Part shown: positions 25,221 to 39,600 of the stretch, one piece after another
Position numbering within the stretch: the stretch's first letter is position 1
How the letters are laid out: each line of letters opens with the position of its first letter
Origin: Macrostomum lignano
Lineage: Eukaryota
DNA: 64,000 nucleotides
Direction of reading: 5' to 3'
Assembly (NCBI GenBank): GCA_002269645.1
Contig: NIVC01000040.1
Span: 558,001-622,000, forward strand
Made by a program: the position numbers and the translations under genes
The notes under the pieces: model-generated
What the model was told of the DNA's origin: nothing
What the model saw: the letters and a program-made list of their open reading frames with translations, nothing else
The model's database searches: none

Positions 25221-28200
25221 TCAAATATAGAAGCTACGCCTCGGATACCGGCCAATCAAATCGTGCTGATTCAACAATTTCGCCAGCTGCTGCTCCAGCC
25301 GGAGAGCGCAGTTCAATTCCTCGCTATTAGCCGGATTATACTCGGTAGCGTTGCCGAATAGCAGGGCAAAATCCGACATCATCTGATCGGCATTGGCGTA
25401 GCCGCCGCGTTGCTGACGCTTGCGCATGTCCAACAGGCAGATCGGCTTAGAGACAATCTGATAATAGTCGGGCGCATCCTTGGGATCGACAGGATCAACG
25501 AATGGCCAGGCGTCTTTGTGCCGATAGATTTTATCAAGCAGAGCTTTGCACAGCCTCTGCTGCTGCTCTTGCTGATCTGGCGCTAATCTGGCGCGCTTGC
25601 CGGGCGGCTGCTTGGCGCCGCCGCTGCTGTAGCGAACGCGCTTGCCGCGAACTTTCTCTTCTTCAGCCTCTTGTTCCAGTTGTTGGTCTTCGTCTTCACT
25701 ATCTGCCGCAGTTTTCGAAGATCGTTTCGAAATTTTCTGCTTTGAAGAAGCAGCAGCAGCAGAAGCGGAAGCAAGCGAATGACGACGATTGCTGACCGCC
25801 GGCTGTTGCTTCTTCGAGCCGCGCCGATTGCTTTCGGAAGCAACAGAAGAGGTTGACTTCCTGCCGCGCTTAGCCGGCGGAGCAGCGGCTCCAGACTTTT
25901 TGCTAGCTTTCTGCGTCTTCAAACCGGAAGATGTGGAAGATCGCTGCTTTGACCGCGACTTCGCCGCGACGGCTTCTTCCTCAGCATCGTCGCTCCCAGA
26001 CTCCTCTTCTTCATCTTCATCGTCTTGCTGGTCATCAACTTCCATGCCTTCATCGTCGCTGGAGTTGTCTGGCGCAGCTTCTTCTTCTTCGTCATCATCG
26101 TCTTCGAGCTCCTCCTCCTCTTCTGTTTCTTCGTTAGCCTCGTGCTCAGCCTCGTTCCCTTCATCTTCCTCATCGGCAGTCTCCGCCTCTTCTTCCTCAT
26201 CGTTGTCGAATTCGTCCTCGCTGAGGGCAGCTTTCTTCGACTGAAACGAAGTTTAATAGTGGGGTTAATGACAGTTTTATCCGTTTCTATCGCTGCAGAA
26301 ATCAATGTGCATTGCATTCTCTCTGACCTCCACTGCAGGAATCAATGTACATTCTCTCTACCCCCCACTGCTGGAATCAATGTACATTCTCTCTGACCTC
26401 CACTGCAGGAATCAATGTACATTCTCTCTACCCCCACTGCTGGAATCAATGTATATTCTCTCTACCCCCCAATGCAGGAATCAATGTACATTCTCTCTGA
26501 CCTCCACTGCAGGAATCAATGTACATTCTCTCTACCCCCACTGCTGGAATCAATGTACATTCTCTCTACCCCCAATGCAGGAATCAATGTACATTCTCTC
26601 TACCCCCCAATGCAGGAATCAATGTACATTCTCTCTACCCCTAATGTAGGAATCAATGTACATTCTCTCTGCCTCTTCACTGGAAGCAATTATGTACTCA
26701 ATCATTATCTTGGCAGCCTTCACTTACTCTGCTCTGAGGCGACCTCTTTCCATTGACCGCAGCAGATTTCTTAGCAGCTCCTCCAGCGGATCTAGGCCTG
26801 CCCCTTTTGCCGCTGCCACCGTTTATGCCGGCATTTTTAGAAACAGATTTACGGCCCTTTCGACAGACAGCACAACGAAATGCCGACCTAGTATTAGACC
26901 GCAGCGGCGGCTCGTGACAGCCTGCATGGTAGTTCGAGCGGCACTGCACGCACTGGATCAGCGGGGCCCCGGCGTGGGCGGAATGATCGCACACCTGACA
27001 GCAGGCCCGCTCGTCGTCGTCAGCTCCCATCCCGTCGTCGTCTTCGTCATTGTCAGCATCGTCGTCGACGTCATCTTCGTCGTAGAAGCGTCTAGATCGA
27101 CGCTCTCGCCTACGAGATGTCGAGGACTTTTTGCTACCAGTGGAGCTAGCGGCGCCGGCAGGAGCGCAGGCTAGGCAGTACCAATCCCCGGTTGGCCGCT
27201 CAGTCAGGCGCGGTCGCAAACAGTCTGGATGAAATGCTCGATTACATTTTTCGCATAGCAACAAATTTGGCGGATCGCGTCTAACCCGGCAGACTTGGCA
27301 TTTGGCATTGGCGGTGCTTTTGTCCCAGTTGACGCTGCTGTCTAACACGGACAGTAGGAAGTTTAGGCGGCCCCAGGTGGTGCAAGCAGACACGCTGGCC
27401 CGCCACTGCTCACAGAATTCCGGATCTTTGAATGCGCCGTAGCGGAACCGATCGAGCACGTGTTTTTCAACCTGGGGGTAAATACGGGTGGAGAATAGGC
27501 ATCAGATTAAGTGATGGTCTACAAAAAGAAAACACAATGGAGGCGCCAATAGCCAATCAGAGAAGGGCAAGATAAGGCAATGGGGCTAGCAGCTAATCAG
27601 AGAAGAACAAGATAAGGCAATGGGGCTAGCAGCCAATCAGAGAAGGGCAAGATAAGGCAATGGGGCTAGCAGCTAATCAGAGAAGAACAAGATAAAGCAA
27701 TGAGGCTAGCAGCCAATCAGAGAAAGGCAAGATAAAGCAATGAGGCTAGCAGCTAATCAGAGAAGAACAAGATAAAGCAATGAGGCTAGCAGCCAATCAG
27801 AGAAGGGCAAGATAAGGCAGTGAGGCTAGCAGCCAATCAGAGAAGAACAAGATAAGGCAATGGGGCTAGCAGCCAATCAGAGAAGGGCAAGATAAAGCAA
27901 TGAGGCTAGCAGCCAATCAGAGAAGCGCAAACAGTAGCTCACCAAAAGCATGCAGTTAGCCATCTGACTGATGCTAGCGGAATCGCACTGATCCAGCATT
28001 TTCTTTAGCTTAGCCGGATTCGGCACTCCGCCAAGTCCGCCCTGACTTAGTCCGGCCTCGGTTCTGGCCAACTCTTCAGCAAAGACAGAACGCAGATTAG
28101 CGATAGCCGATAAAGAATCGCCACTAGCGGTTGCTAGGGAAGCTTCCGTGGTCACCGCCGCTGAACGATGCTTAATCTCACGGCGTAGACGAGCAGAGAC

Positions 28201-30071
28201 GCGATCGACCTCTCGATGGAGAGCAGATTCACGAACTCCGGTTGGCAACAGGGAGGTCAGCAGCTCGTCCAGTTCAGTCTCAGAGTTCAACTGACGCCAA
28301 ACATTCGGAGCGGAGTCGTCCTCAGTTGGCCAGGTGAGCTCTTCGCAATCGTCTTCTTGAGCGCTGTCCGGCTTTGACGATGTCGATGGTTTGGCGTCGG
28401 TGTTCAATTTGGATGGCGATTGCTGTTGCTGCTTTCGCTGCTTGTCGGGCGACTTGCTGTAAAATGTTACCAGGGTAAAAAACATTGGTACTGATGGAGT
28501 ACTACTCAGGTTGATCTTCTAGGGGCGATTCTACAGGGGGTCTAGGGGCGATTCTAGAGGGGGTCTAGGGGCGATTCTAGAGGGGGGTCTAGGGGCGATT
28601 CTAGAGGGTCTAGGGGCGATTCTAGAGGGGGGTCTAGGGGATATTCTACAGGGGTCTAGGGGCGATTCTAGAGGGGGGTCTAGGGGCGATTCTAGGGGGT
28701 CTAGGGGCGATTCTAGAGGGGGGTCTAGGGGCGATTCTAGAGGGGGGTCTAGGGGCGATTCTAGGGGGTCTAGGGGCAATTTTAGGGGGTCTAGGGGCGA
28801 TTCTAGAGGGGCTCTAGGGGCGATTCTAGGGGGTCTAGGGGCGATTCTAGGGGGCTCTAGGGGCGATACTAGAGGGGCTCTAGGGGCGATACTAGAGGGG
28901 CTCTAGGGGCGATTCTAGAGAGGGGTCTAGGGGCGATTCTAGAGGAGAGTCTAGGGGCGATTCTAGCGGGGGGGTCTAGGGGCGATACTAGAGGGGGGTC
29001 TAGGGGCGATTCTAGGGGGTCCAGAGGCGATTCTAGGGGATCTAGAGGCGTTTCTAGGGGGGTCTAGGGGCGATTTTAGAGGATGGTCTAGGGTTGATTC
29101 TACAGGGGGTCTAGGGGCGATTCTACGGGGTCTAGGGGCGATTTTAGGGGGTCTAGGGGCGATTCTAGAGGGGGTTCTAGAGGCGATTCTAGGGGGTCTA
29201 AATGCGATTCTATAATTCTAGGGTTCTAGGAATTATACTATAACTAGGATACACAAGACGGGATCTTAGCAGACCAACACTCACCCGGACGAAGCTGGGA
29301 CAGCCTCATCCCCTGATGACCCGCCGGCGGCCCATCCGGTTTCAATCAGCAGCCGGCCAGGTGCGCACCGCAAATGCCAGTAGCGGGCATGGCCGCGATC
29401 TCGGCCAAGCGGCCGGACACGGGTAGCCGCCCGACTGTCCGACATGGCCCGCTCGTATTCGCGATCGGCCGCGGCGATGGCCGAATCTATGCGGGCCCAT
29501 TCGGTCTCCTGGGCCCGGCGCTGCCGCTCCGCCTTCTCTCGAACTTCCCGTTCGCGAGCCTGGCGGTTGTAAGTGATGCAACAGTGCAGGGGCTAAATAT
29601 TCAGGCAGAGAGACTGCTATACGGACGGCCAGGCATACGGGTAGATACGGGAGAGAATAGTAATGACAGACACAGGGACAGACACACAGACACCAAGACA
29701 GACACTAAGACAGACGCTAAGATAGACACGAAGACAGACACTAAGATAGACACTAAGACAGACAGACAGACACAGACAGACAGAAAAACAGACAGACAGA
29801 CAGACAGACACACAGACAGACATACACTAAAACAGACATACAGACAGAGACAGACAGAGACAGACAGAGACAGAGACACTAAAACAGACATACAGACAGA
29901 GACAGACAGAGAGACAGACAGACAGACGGACAGACAGACGGACAGACATACACTAAGACAGACAGACAAACAGACAGACAGACGGACAGACAGACAGACG
30001 GACAGACAGACAGACGGACAGACAGACAGACGGACAGACAGACATACACTAAGACAGACAGAAAAACAGAA

Positions 30072-30164
<93 letters not shown>

Positions 30165-30175
30165 CTAAGAGCCTA

Positions 30176-30216
<41 letters not shown>

Positions 30217-30325
30217 CTAAGAGTCTAAGACACACACACAGACAGACAGACAGACAGACAGACACTAAGACAGAGACAGAAAGACGGACAGACAGACATA
30301 CACTAAGACAGACAGACAGACAGAA

Positions 30326-30374
<49 letters not shown>

Positions 30375-30539
30375 CTAAGACAGACAGACACTAAGACAGA
30401 CAGACAGACAGACAGACAGACACTAAGAGTCTAAGACACACACACAGACAGACACTAAGACAGACACAGAAAGACGGACAGACAGACAGACGGACAGACA
30501 GACATACACTAAGACAGACAGACAGACAGACAGACAGAA

Positions 30540-30572
<33 letters not shown>

Positions 30573-30583
30573 CTAAGAGTCTA

Positions 30584-30664
<81 letters not shown>

Positions 30665-33600
30665 CTAAGAGTCTAAGACACACACACAGACAGACAGACA
30701 GACACTAAGACAGAGACAGAAAGACGGACAGACAGACAGACGGACAGACAGACATACACTAAGACAGACAGACAGACAGAAAGACAGACAGACAGACAGA
30801 CACAAAGAGTCTAAGACACACACACACAGACAGACAGACAGACACTAAGACAGAGACAGAAAGACGGACAGACAGACAGACGGACAGACAGACATACACT
30901 AAGACAGACAGACAGACACTAAGCCAGACAGACAGACAGACAGACAGACACACACACACACACAGACACACACACACAGACACACACACACAGACACACA
31001 CACAGACACACACACAGACAGAGACACCAAGAAAGACACTAAAACAGACACTAAAATAGACACCAAGACAGACACTAAGATAGACACTAATACAGACACT
31101 AAGATAGACACTAAGACAGACAGACAGACACAGACAGACAGACAGACAAACAGAAGAAGCAGTAGCGCACACCCACCTGCTCAGCCAGAGCAATCAGCCT
31201 GGAGGACATTTTAACCGACGCGGCCACGGGCGGTTTAGTGGAGTCGTCGCCGCCGCCAGCCTTCGACGTGGAGGCTCCAGTAGAAGTGGAGCCGTTGGCG
31301 GCGGCAGCCTGCGCTTTCTCAGTCTTCCGCTTTGCTTTCTCGAGTTTCAGTCGATCATTTTTAGCTTTAAGAGCGGCAACGCGCTTCTTGTGCGCCGCCG
31401 TGGCCCGCTGGACGCAATCATCGATGTAATCCGCGAGCACGTCGGATTTGAGCAGCTTCTCAGTGAGCTGCTCCAATACGGATAATTTGTCCTCGACAGA
31501 TAAATCCTGCAGTTCGAAGCGTTCCATTCGTTCTAATAGGCTGGCCAGTTCTGGGGTCAGCTTCTCGTCTTCGTCATCTTCTTTCTCGTCGTCGTTGTCG
31601 TCTTCGTCATCTTCGTCGCCGCCGTTGCGACGTCTGTCGTTGTCATCGTCGTTGTTGTCCGTGTTCTCAGCGTCCTCGTCATCGTCATCGCGCTTTCGCT
31701 TCTTGTCTCGACTTTTTTGCTTGCCGCTGTTGCTTGTGGAAGCGGCGCCGCCGTTAAGCGCTTTCTCGGCTGCGGCTGAAGATCGGGCAGAGGGTAGGCA
31801 GGGTAGGCAGGGTAGGGTGGGTTGCAGCGCTACTGTTCTTACTTTTTCGACTGTTAGACAGTAATGAGAGACTAGAAATGGATTGTTAACACCTGTTACG
31901 TATGGACTACTAACGCCTGCAAGACACGGACTACTAACACCTGTTAGACACGGACTACTAACACCTGTTAGACACGGACTACTAACACCTGTTAGACACG
32001 GACTACTAACACCTGTTAGACACGGACTACTAACACCTGTTAGACACGGACTACTAACACCTGTTAGACACGGACTACTAACACCTGTTGGACACGGACT
32101 ACTAACACCTGTTAGACACGGACTACTAACACCTGTTGGACACGGACTATTAACACCTGTTAGACACGGACTACTAACACCTGTTAGACACGGACTACTA
32201 ACACCTGTTAGACACGGACTACTAACACCTGTTGGACACGGACTATTAACACCTGCAAGACACGGACTACTAACACCTGTTAGACACAGACTATTAACAC
32301 CTGTTAGACACGGACTGCTAACACCTGTTAGACACGGACTACTAACACCTGTTAGACACGGACTACTAACACCTGTTAGACACGGACTACTAACACCTGT
32401 TAGACACGGACTACTAACACCTGTTGGACACGGACTATTAACACCTGTTAGACACGGACTACTAACACGTGTTAGACACAGACTATTAATACCTGTTAGA
32501 CACGGACTGCTAACACCTGTTAGACACGGACTACTAACACCTGTTAGACACGGACTACTAACACCTGTTAGACACGGACTACTAACACCTGTTAGACACG
32601 GACTACTAACACCTGTTAGACACGGACTACTAACACCTGTTGGACACGGACTATTAACACCTGTTAGACACGGACTACTAACACGTGTTAGACACAGACT
32701 ATTAACACCTGTTAGACACGGACTGCTAACACCTGTTAGACACGGACTACTAACACCTGTTAGACACGGACTACTAACACCTGTTAGACACGGACTACTA
32801 ACACGGTTAGACACTGACTACTAACACCTGTTAGACACGGACTACTAACACGGTTAGACACTGACTATTACTAACACCTGTTAGACACGAACTACTAACA
32901 CCTGTTAGACACAGACTATTAACCTCTGTTAGACAAGGACTACTATTAACACCTGTTAGACACGGACTACTAACACCTGTTAGACACGGACTACTAACAC
33001 TGGTTAAGACACTGGTTAAGCTACATTCACAAATCTATAATATTAGACATGAGTTTTATAGTGTACTATTAGATATAGAAATCCTACCTTCTTCGCTTCG
33101 CTTCCTCGGTGCAAGCAGCACCCTGGCCATCTCGGCGGCAGTATACTCGCTAACAGGCATATCAGTTAACAGCGTGCCAAGTTCTCTTCTACCGCCAGCA
33201 ATATTTTCATCTTGTAGCAGAGCTCTCAATAGCATAGTTAACAATTTGCTTAGATAAGCGTAGCCGCTAGGCTCCTTAGAAACCAGGGCTGCTAGGAGAT
33301 TATCAACCGACAATGGGATATTTTCATCGCCAACTGTAGCCACCACCCCAGCAACATCGTCGTTAGCAGAAGCGGCGACAGAGTTCGGGCCGCTAGCAAC
33401 CGACGGAGCCAGCAGAGGCCGGTAGGCGCACATGAATTCGGCCAGCATAGCAGCTCGGCCCAGCTCGCTAGGCGGAAAATCCGGCGGTAATTCAATCGGC
33501 TTAGCCGTTGGCAGGCTTTTGGTCTGGGCTGATAGCAGCAGGCTGTCTTCGAAGCGGCGCTTCTTGGCGTCTAGCGTCATCTGCGAGCGTTTGTGCGTGG

Positions 33601-36600
33601 GCGGGTTGTCAATATAACACGATATGTATTCGCTGCATATTTGACTTTGATGATATCCGCTTTAATATTTGTAGTTTAACTTATTATTTTATTGTCTATG
33701 GCTGTATCTCATTACTGGCCTATGGGGTATGGGATTAAACTGGCTATGGGATTCTAATTAGGGATGGGGATAACTAAACTGGCTATGGGATTCTAATTAG
33801 GGATGGGGATAACTAAACTGGCTACGGGATTCTAATTAGGGATGGGGATAACTAAACTGGCTACGGGATTCTAATTAGGGATGGGGATAACTAAACTGGC
33901 TATGGGATTCTAATTAGGGATGGGGATAACTAAACTGGCTATGGGATTCTAATTAGGGATGGGGATAACTAACTGGCTATGGGATTCTGATTAGGGATGG
34001 GGATAACTAAACTGGCTATGGGATTCTAATTAGGGATGGGGATAACTAAACTGGCTACGGGATTCTAATTAGGGATGGGGATAACTAAACTGGCTACGTG
34101 ATTCTAATTAGGGATGGGGATAACTAAACTGGCTATGGGATTCTAATTAGGGATGGGGATAACTAAACTGGCTATGGGATTCTAATTAGGGATGGGGATA
34201 ACTAACTGGCTATGGGATTCTGATTAGGGATGGGGATAACTAAAATGGCTATGGGATTCTAATTAGGGATGGGGATAACTAAACTGGCTATGGGATTCTA
34301 ATTAGGTATGGGGATAACTAAACTGGCTATGGGATTCTAATTTGGGATGGGGATAACTAAACTGGCTATGGGATTCTAATTTGGGATGGGGATAACTAAA
34401 CTGGCTATGGGATTCTAATTTGGGATGGGGATAACTAAACTGGCTACGGGATTCTAATTAGGGATGGGGATAACTAAACTGGCTATGGGATTCTAATTAG
34501 GGATGGGGATAACTAAACTGGCTATGGGATTCTAATTAGGGATGGGGATAACTAAACTGGCTATGGGATTCTAATTAGGGATGGTGATAACTAACTGGCT
34601 ATGGGATTCTAATTAGGGATGGGATAACTAAACTGGCTACGGGATTCTAATTAGGGATGGGGATAACTAAACTGGCTACGGGATTCTAATTAGGGATGGG
34701 GATAACTAAACTGGCTATGGGATTCTAATTAAATATGGGGATAACTAAACTGGCTATGGGATTCTAATTTGGGATGGGGATAACTAAACTGGCTACGGGA
34801 TTCGAAAGGGATGGGGATAACTAAACTGGCTATGGGATTCTAATTAAATATGGGGATAGCTAAACTGGCTTTGGGATTCTAATTAGGGATGGGGATAACT
34901 AAACTGGCTACGGGATTCTGGTTCAGTAGGGATATCTTAACTGGCTATGGGATTCTGGTTTAGTGGGAAGTTCTTATCTAGCTATGGGATTCTGGTTTAG
35001 TGGGAAGTTCTTATCTAGCTATGGGATTCTGGTTTAGTAGGGATATCTTAACTGGCTATGGGATTCTGGTTTAGTGGGAAGTTCTTATCTAGCTATGGGA
35101 TTCTGGTTCAGTAGGGATATCTTAACTGGCTATGGGATTTTTAATCCAACAATTAGGGATAGTTAAACTAGTTATGGGGACTATAAATGTACATAATAAA
35201 ATTTACATTTCTACAGAGCAGACGAATACAAAGACTCTAACCTTAGCTTTGAGCTTGGCCTCCTCTCGTTTAGCCTTCTTATACTCCTCACGCTGCTCCG
35301 GCGTCATGGCTTCAATGCGTTTCCTCTCGTTAAGCCTGGCCTGCACAGCTCGCAGGCGTTCCCGAACAGCCATCGGCAGTGCGGTGACCTGACGCTCAGT
35401 TAACACCTGGGCGCATTTATTAAGCAGCACTTTAATCATCTGTTCTGACCGTTCCATTTTAACTGCTCGAACTAGCTTTAATCCAATTGGTGGCAATTGT
35501 TGCAGAGCTCGACTACTTGGAGTTTTACTACCGGAAACCGTAGCGCCGCCTGACATCACTTTGAACGGCGATTTGCCCTGCAAAAAGAAATTGTTTTATA
35601 TTTACGTATAGGACTACTAATTTAGTTAGCTTAGTAGTCTGAGAGCATTATAAGTTAAGCAGACTTGGTTTGGGTTAGTAACTTAGTACACGCACACTTC
35701 GCCGACAGTGTTATAAGTTAAGCGAAGTCGGTTTGGGTTAGTACACAGTTTAATATGCCATAAATATATCTCAGAAAATATATGATACTACTACTTTTCA
35801 AGTCGATAAGTAGTGTAGTATAGTTGATCTCGCTTAGATACAACCCTACGAGTTGTGGTTCCTGACACAAATTTATACACACACAGAGAACAAGCAAAGC
35901 GCCTAACTGAGCTGACCTTCAAGTCGAACAGCGTCATTTGCTTCATCTTCTTGCCGCCGGCGCCAGCGGCGGCTGACGATCTGGCGGCGTCTTTGCGCTT
36001 CTTTGACGAACTAGCACCAGCCGTGTCGCCGTTAGCAATGGGAGCGGCATTGGCACCGCCGGATTTTCTCGCCACCGGCAAGCCGTCCAGTTTGCGTAAG
36101 GCGTCAATCTCAGATTCGACGCTATTTAGCATAACCTGATGCTTATCCAATACTAAATCGGCAATTTTCGGGCGCAATCGATATTTCTTAACTAAATCCT
36201 CGTCGACAATCCACGGGCCCGTGTTGTTGGAGCCGTAGCGCAGGGCGCTAGCCCGAATAAATAGACGAATATTCTCCTTTGACGGCATGCGTGTCTCGCG
36301 GCTAAAGAATTATTAAGACAGCACAAAAATATGACAATATTCTCTACTTGCCTACTGTAAGTAGATAAATTCGAAATTGAGGCGCATCACTTACACAATG
36401 GCTGAAGCTGGAACCCGAGAAATCACCTGGTGCTCGTCGTCGTCCAATTGAATTGCGTAGGTGAATGGCAACTAAAATAAGTTAAAGCAAGGAAATCCGT
36501 GTTTTAAGACTTAGTCGCAGTTGGCCAGATAAGATAACCGATATGTATCGTAGACAACTTTTTACACTACAATTAGCATGAGCGCGGATGAAAAATTCGA

Positions 36601-39600
36601 CTTAAATAAAAAACAAAACCGGTTTTGTCTTTGTATGGAGTCAATGGGATCCCAGTCAGAGGGAATCGCAATCAGTGGGAATCCCTAATCAAAGGGAATC
36701 AGCAGTCAATGGGAATCCCAGCCAGTGGGAATTCCAGTCAGTGGGAATCCCAATCAACGGGAATCCCAGTCAGTAAGGAATCCCAGTCGGTAAGGAATCC
36801 AAGTCAGTAAGAAATCCCAATTAGTGGGAATGCCGTCAGTGGGAATCCCCAGTCAATGGAAATCCCGTCAGTGGGAATCCCAATCAATGGGAATCCTCAG
36901 TCAGTGGAAATCCCGTCAGTGGGAATCCCAATCAATGGGAATCCCCAGTCAGTGGAAATCCCGTCAGTGGGAATCCCAATCAATGGGAATCCCCAGTCAG
37001 TAAGGAATCCCAGTCAGTAAGGAATCCCAGTCAGTAAGGAATCCTAGTCAGTAAGGAATCCCAGTCACTAAGGAATCCCAGTCAGTAAGGAATCCTAGTC
37101 AGTAAGGAATCCCAGTCAGTAAGGAATCCCAGTCAGTAAGGAATCCTAGTCAGTAAGGAATCCCAGTCAGTAAGGAATCCTAGTCAGTAAGGAATCCCAG
37201 TCAGTAAGGAATCCCAGTCAGTTGGAATTCATAGTCAGTGGAAATCCCCAGTCAGTGGAAATCCCCAGTCAGTGGAAATCCCCAGTCAGTGGAAATCCCG
37301 TCAGTGGGAATCCAAATCAATGGGAATCCCCAGTCAGTAAGGAATCCCAGTCAGTTGGAATTTATAGTCAGTGGAGTCCCCCGTCAGTGGAAATCCCCAG
37401 TCAGTGGAAATTCCGTCAGTGGGAATCCCAATCAATGGGAATCCCCAGTCAGTAAGGAATCCCAGTCAGTAAGGAATCCCATGGAATTTATAGTCAGTGG
37501 AGTCCCCCGTCAGTGGAAATCCCCAGTCAGTGGAAATCCCGTCAGTGGGAATCCCAATCAATGGGAATCCCCAGTCAGTGGAAATCCCCAGTCAGTGGAA
37601 ATCCCGTCAGTGGGAATCCCAATCAATGGGAATCCCCAGTCAGTGGAAATCCCCAGTCAGTGGAAATCCCCAGTCAGTGGAATCCCACTTGCACTCACCA
37701 GAGTAACCTTCTGCGGTGGACTTTTATTTTTATTCTCCTTATCTTGACCGGGCGATTCAGATTTCTTATCGGCTGATGTAGCGCCAACTGCAGAGGCGCC
37801 GGCTTCATCTTTAGCCGGAGAAGCAGTAGCAGAACCGCTGCAACCATTCTGGTTGCTATTAGAAGCAGTAGAAGCGTTAGCTGCCGCTGTGGCCGAAGTA
37901 TTAGAGGCAGATTCAGCGCCAGCAGACGAAGCGGATGGTGAAGTTGCCTGCGGTACCGCCGGCTCATCTTTGCGATAAATTGTACCTTTGATTCTGGTAA
38001 AAACAGGAAAAGCAAATAATAGGCGATATGTATCGAAAAACAACTTTCCAAAGCACGCAGCAACACACTTTATAGAGACTACAAAAAACAAAAACTTACA
38101 TTTTATCGCGAACTTTATTTTTTAGGCAAACCGGCTCGTCTAAGTAAAACTCTTGATGCAATTTGCGATAGACGCGGTTCACGGCGTTATCGATTGTGTC
38201 CGTGCCTGTCGTTTAGAGAGCGGGGTTGCTATTGAACTTGGACCGGCAACTGAGGATCTGGGAGGATGGTCCAGCAACTGAGGATCTGGGAGGCTGGCCC
38301 AGCAACTGACACTCTGGGAGGCTGGCCCAGCAACTGAGGATCTGGGAGGCTGGCCCAGCAACTGACACTCTGGGAGGCTGGCCCAGCAACTGAGGATCTG
38401 GGAGGCTGACCCAGCAACTGAGGATCTGGGAGACTGGCCCAGCAACTAAGGATCTGGGAGACTGGCCCAGCAACTGAGGATCTGGGAGGCTAGCCCAGCA
38501 ACTGACACTCTGGGAGGATGGCCCAGCAACTAAGGATCTGGGAGGCTGGCCCAGCAACTGACACTCTGGGAGGCTGGCCCAGCAACTGAGGATCTGGGAG
38601 GCTGGCCCAGCAACTGACACTCTGGGAGGCTGGCCCAGCAACTGAGGATCTGGGAGGCTGACCCAGCAACTGAGGATCTGGGAGACTGGCCCAGCAACTA
38701 AGGATCTGGGAGACTGGCCCAGCAACTGAGGATCTGGGAGGCTAGCCCAGCAACTGACACTCTGGGAGGCTGGCCCAGCAACTGAGGATCTGGGAGGCTG
38801 GCCCAGCAACTGAGGATCTGGGAGGCTGGCCCAGCAACTGACACTCTGGGAGGCTGGCCCAGCAACTGAGGATCTGGGAGGCTGGCCCAGCAACTGAGGA
38901 TCTGGGAGACTGGCCCAGAAACTGAGGATTTGGGAGGATGGATCAGCAACTGACGATCTGGGAGGCTGGCCCAGCAACTGGGGATCTGGGAGGATGGCCC
39001 AGCAACTGAGGAGCTGGGAGGCTGGCCCAGAAACTGAGGATCTGGGAAGCTGGCCCAGCAATTGAGGATCTGGGAGGCTGACCCAGCAATTGAGGATCTG
39101 GGAGGCTGGCCCAGCAACTGAGGATCTGGGAGACAGGCCCAGCAACTGAGGATCTGGGAGGCTGGCCCAGCAACTGGGGATCTGGGAGGCTGGCCCAGCA
39201 ACTGGGGATCTGGGAGACTGGCCCAGCAACTGAGGATCTGGTAGACTGGCCCAGCAACTGAGGATCTGGGAGGGCGGGTTTCCTGGCAGCCAATAAACAA
39301 GCCCAACTCACTGTGATGCACAATCTCCAAAGCAGCCTGAACATAGTACTTGGGGAACAGCTTCTTCAACAGTCTCTGGCAGGACTTCTCAGACTTGACA
39401 GCATCCTTATAACTGAGACAGCTGCGGCCAGTGCAACGGCAAGTCCAAATTGGCTCGGCATAGATTCGATTCTTTCGTTCCAATTCGCCGGCGCTGCTGC
39501 AAATCTCCTGGGTGATGTCCGCCACGAATTCGTGCTGCTGCTGGCCAGACTTAGTTGGAGAGTCCGGAGGCGGAGCAGTACTGGTCTGAGCTGTGCTGGG

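Noticed and set aside
31776-31852. Upstream alternative acceptor (CTAACAG at 31851) adding [25 protein letters not shown]
   Set aside because: It is in frame, but the added sequence looks like a polypyrimidine tract for the acceptor at 31776. It may be a minor isoform at most.
31111-32824. 567-aa and 313-aa ORFs with TGVSSPCL / RHGLLTPV repeats
   Set aside because: They come from a 24-bp intronic minisatellite that is stop-free in several frames on both strands. Only 31775-31177 is a real BAZ1B exon.
38179-39344. Long [28 protein letters not shown] repeat ORFs
   Set aside because: They come from a 28-bp minisatellite in BAZ1B intron 1. The true exon ends at the GTGAGT donor at 39311.
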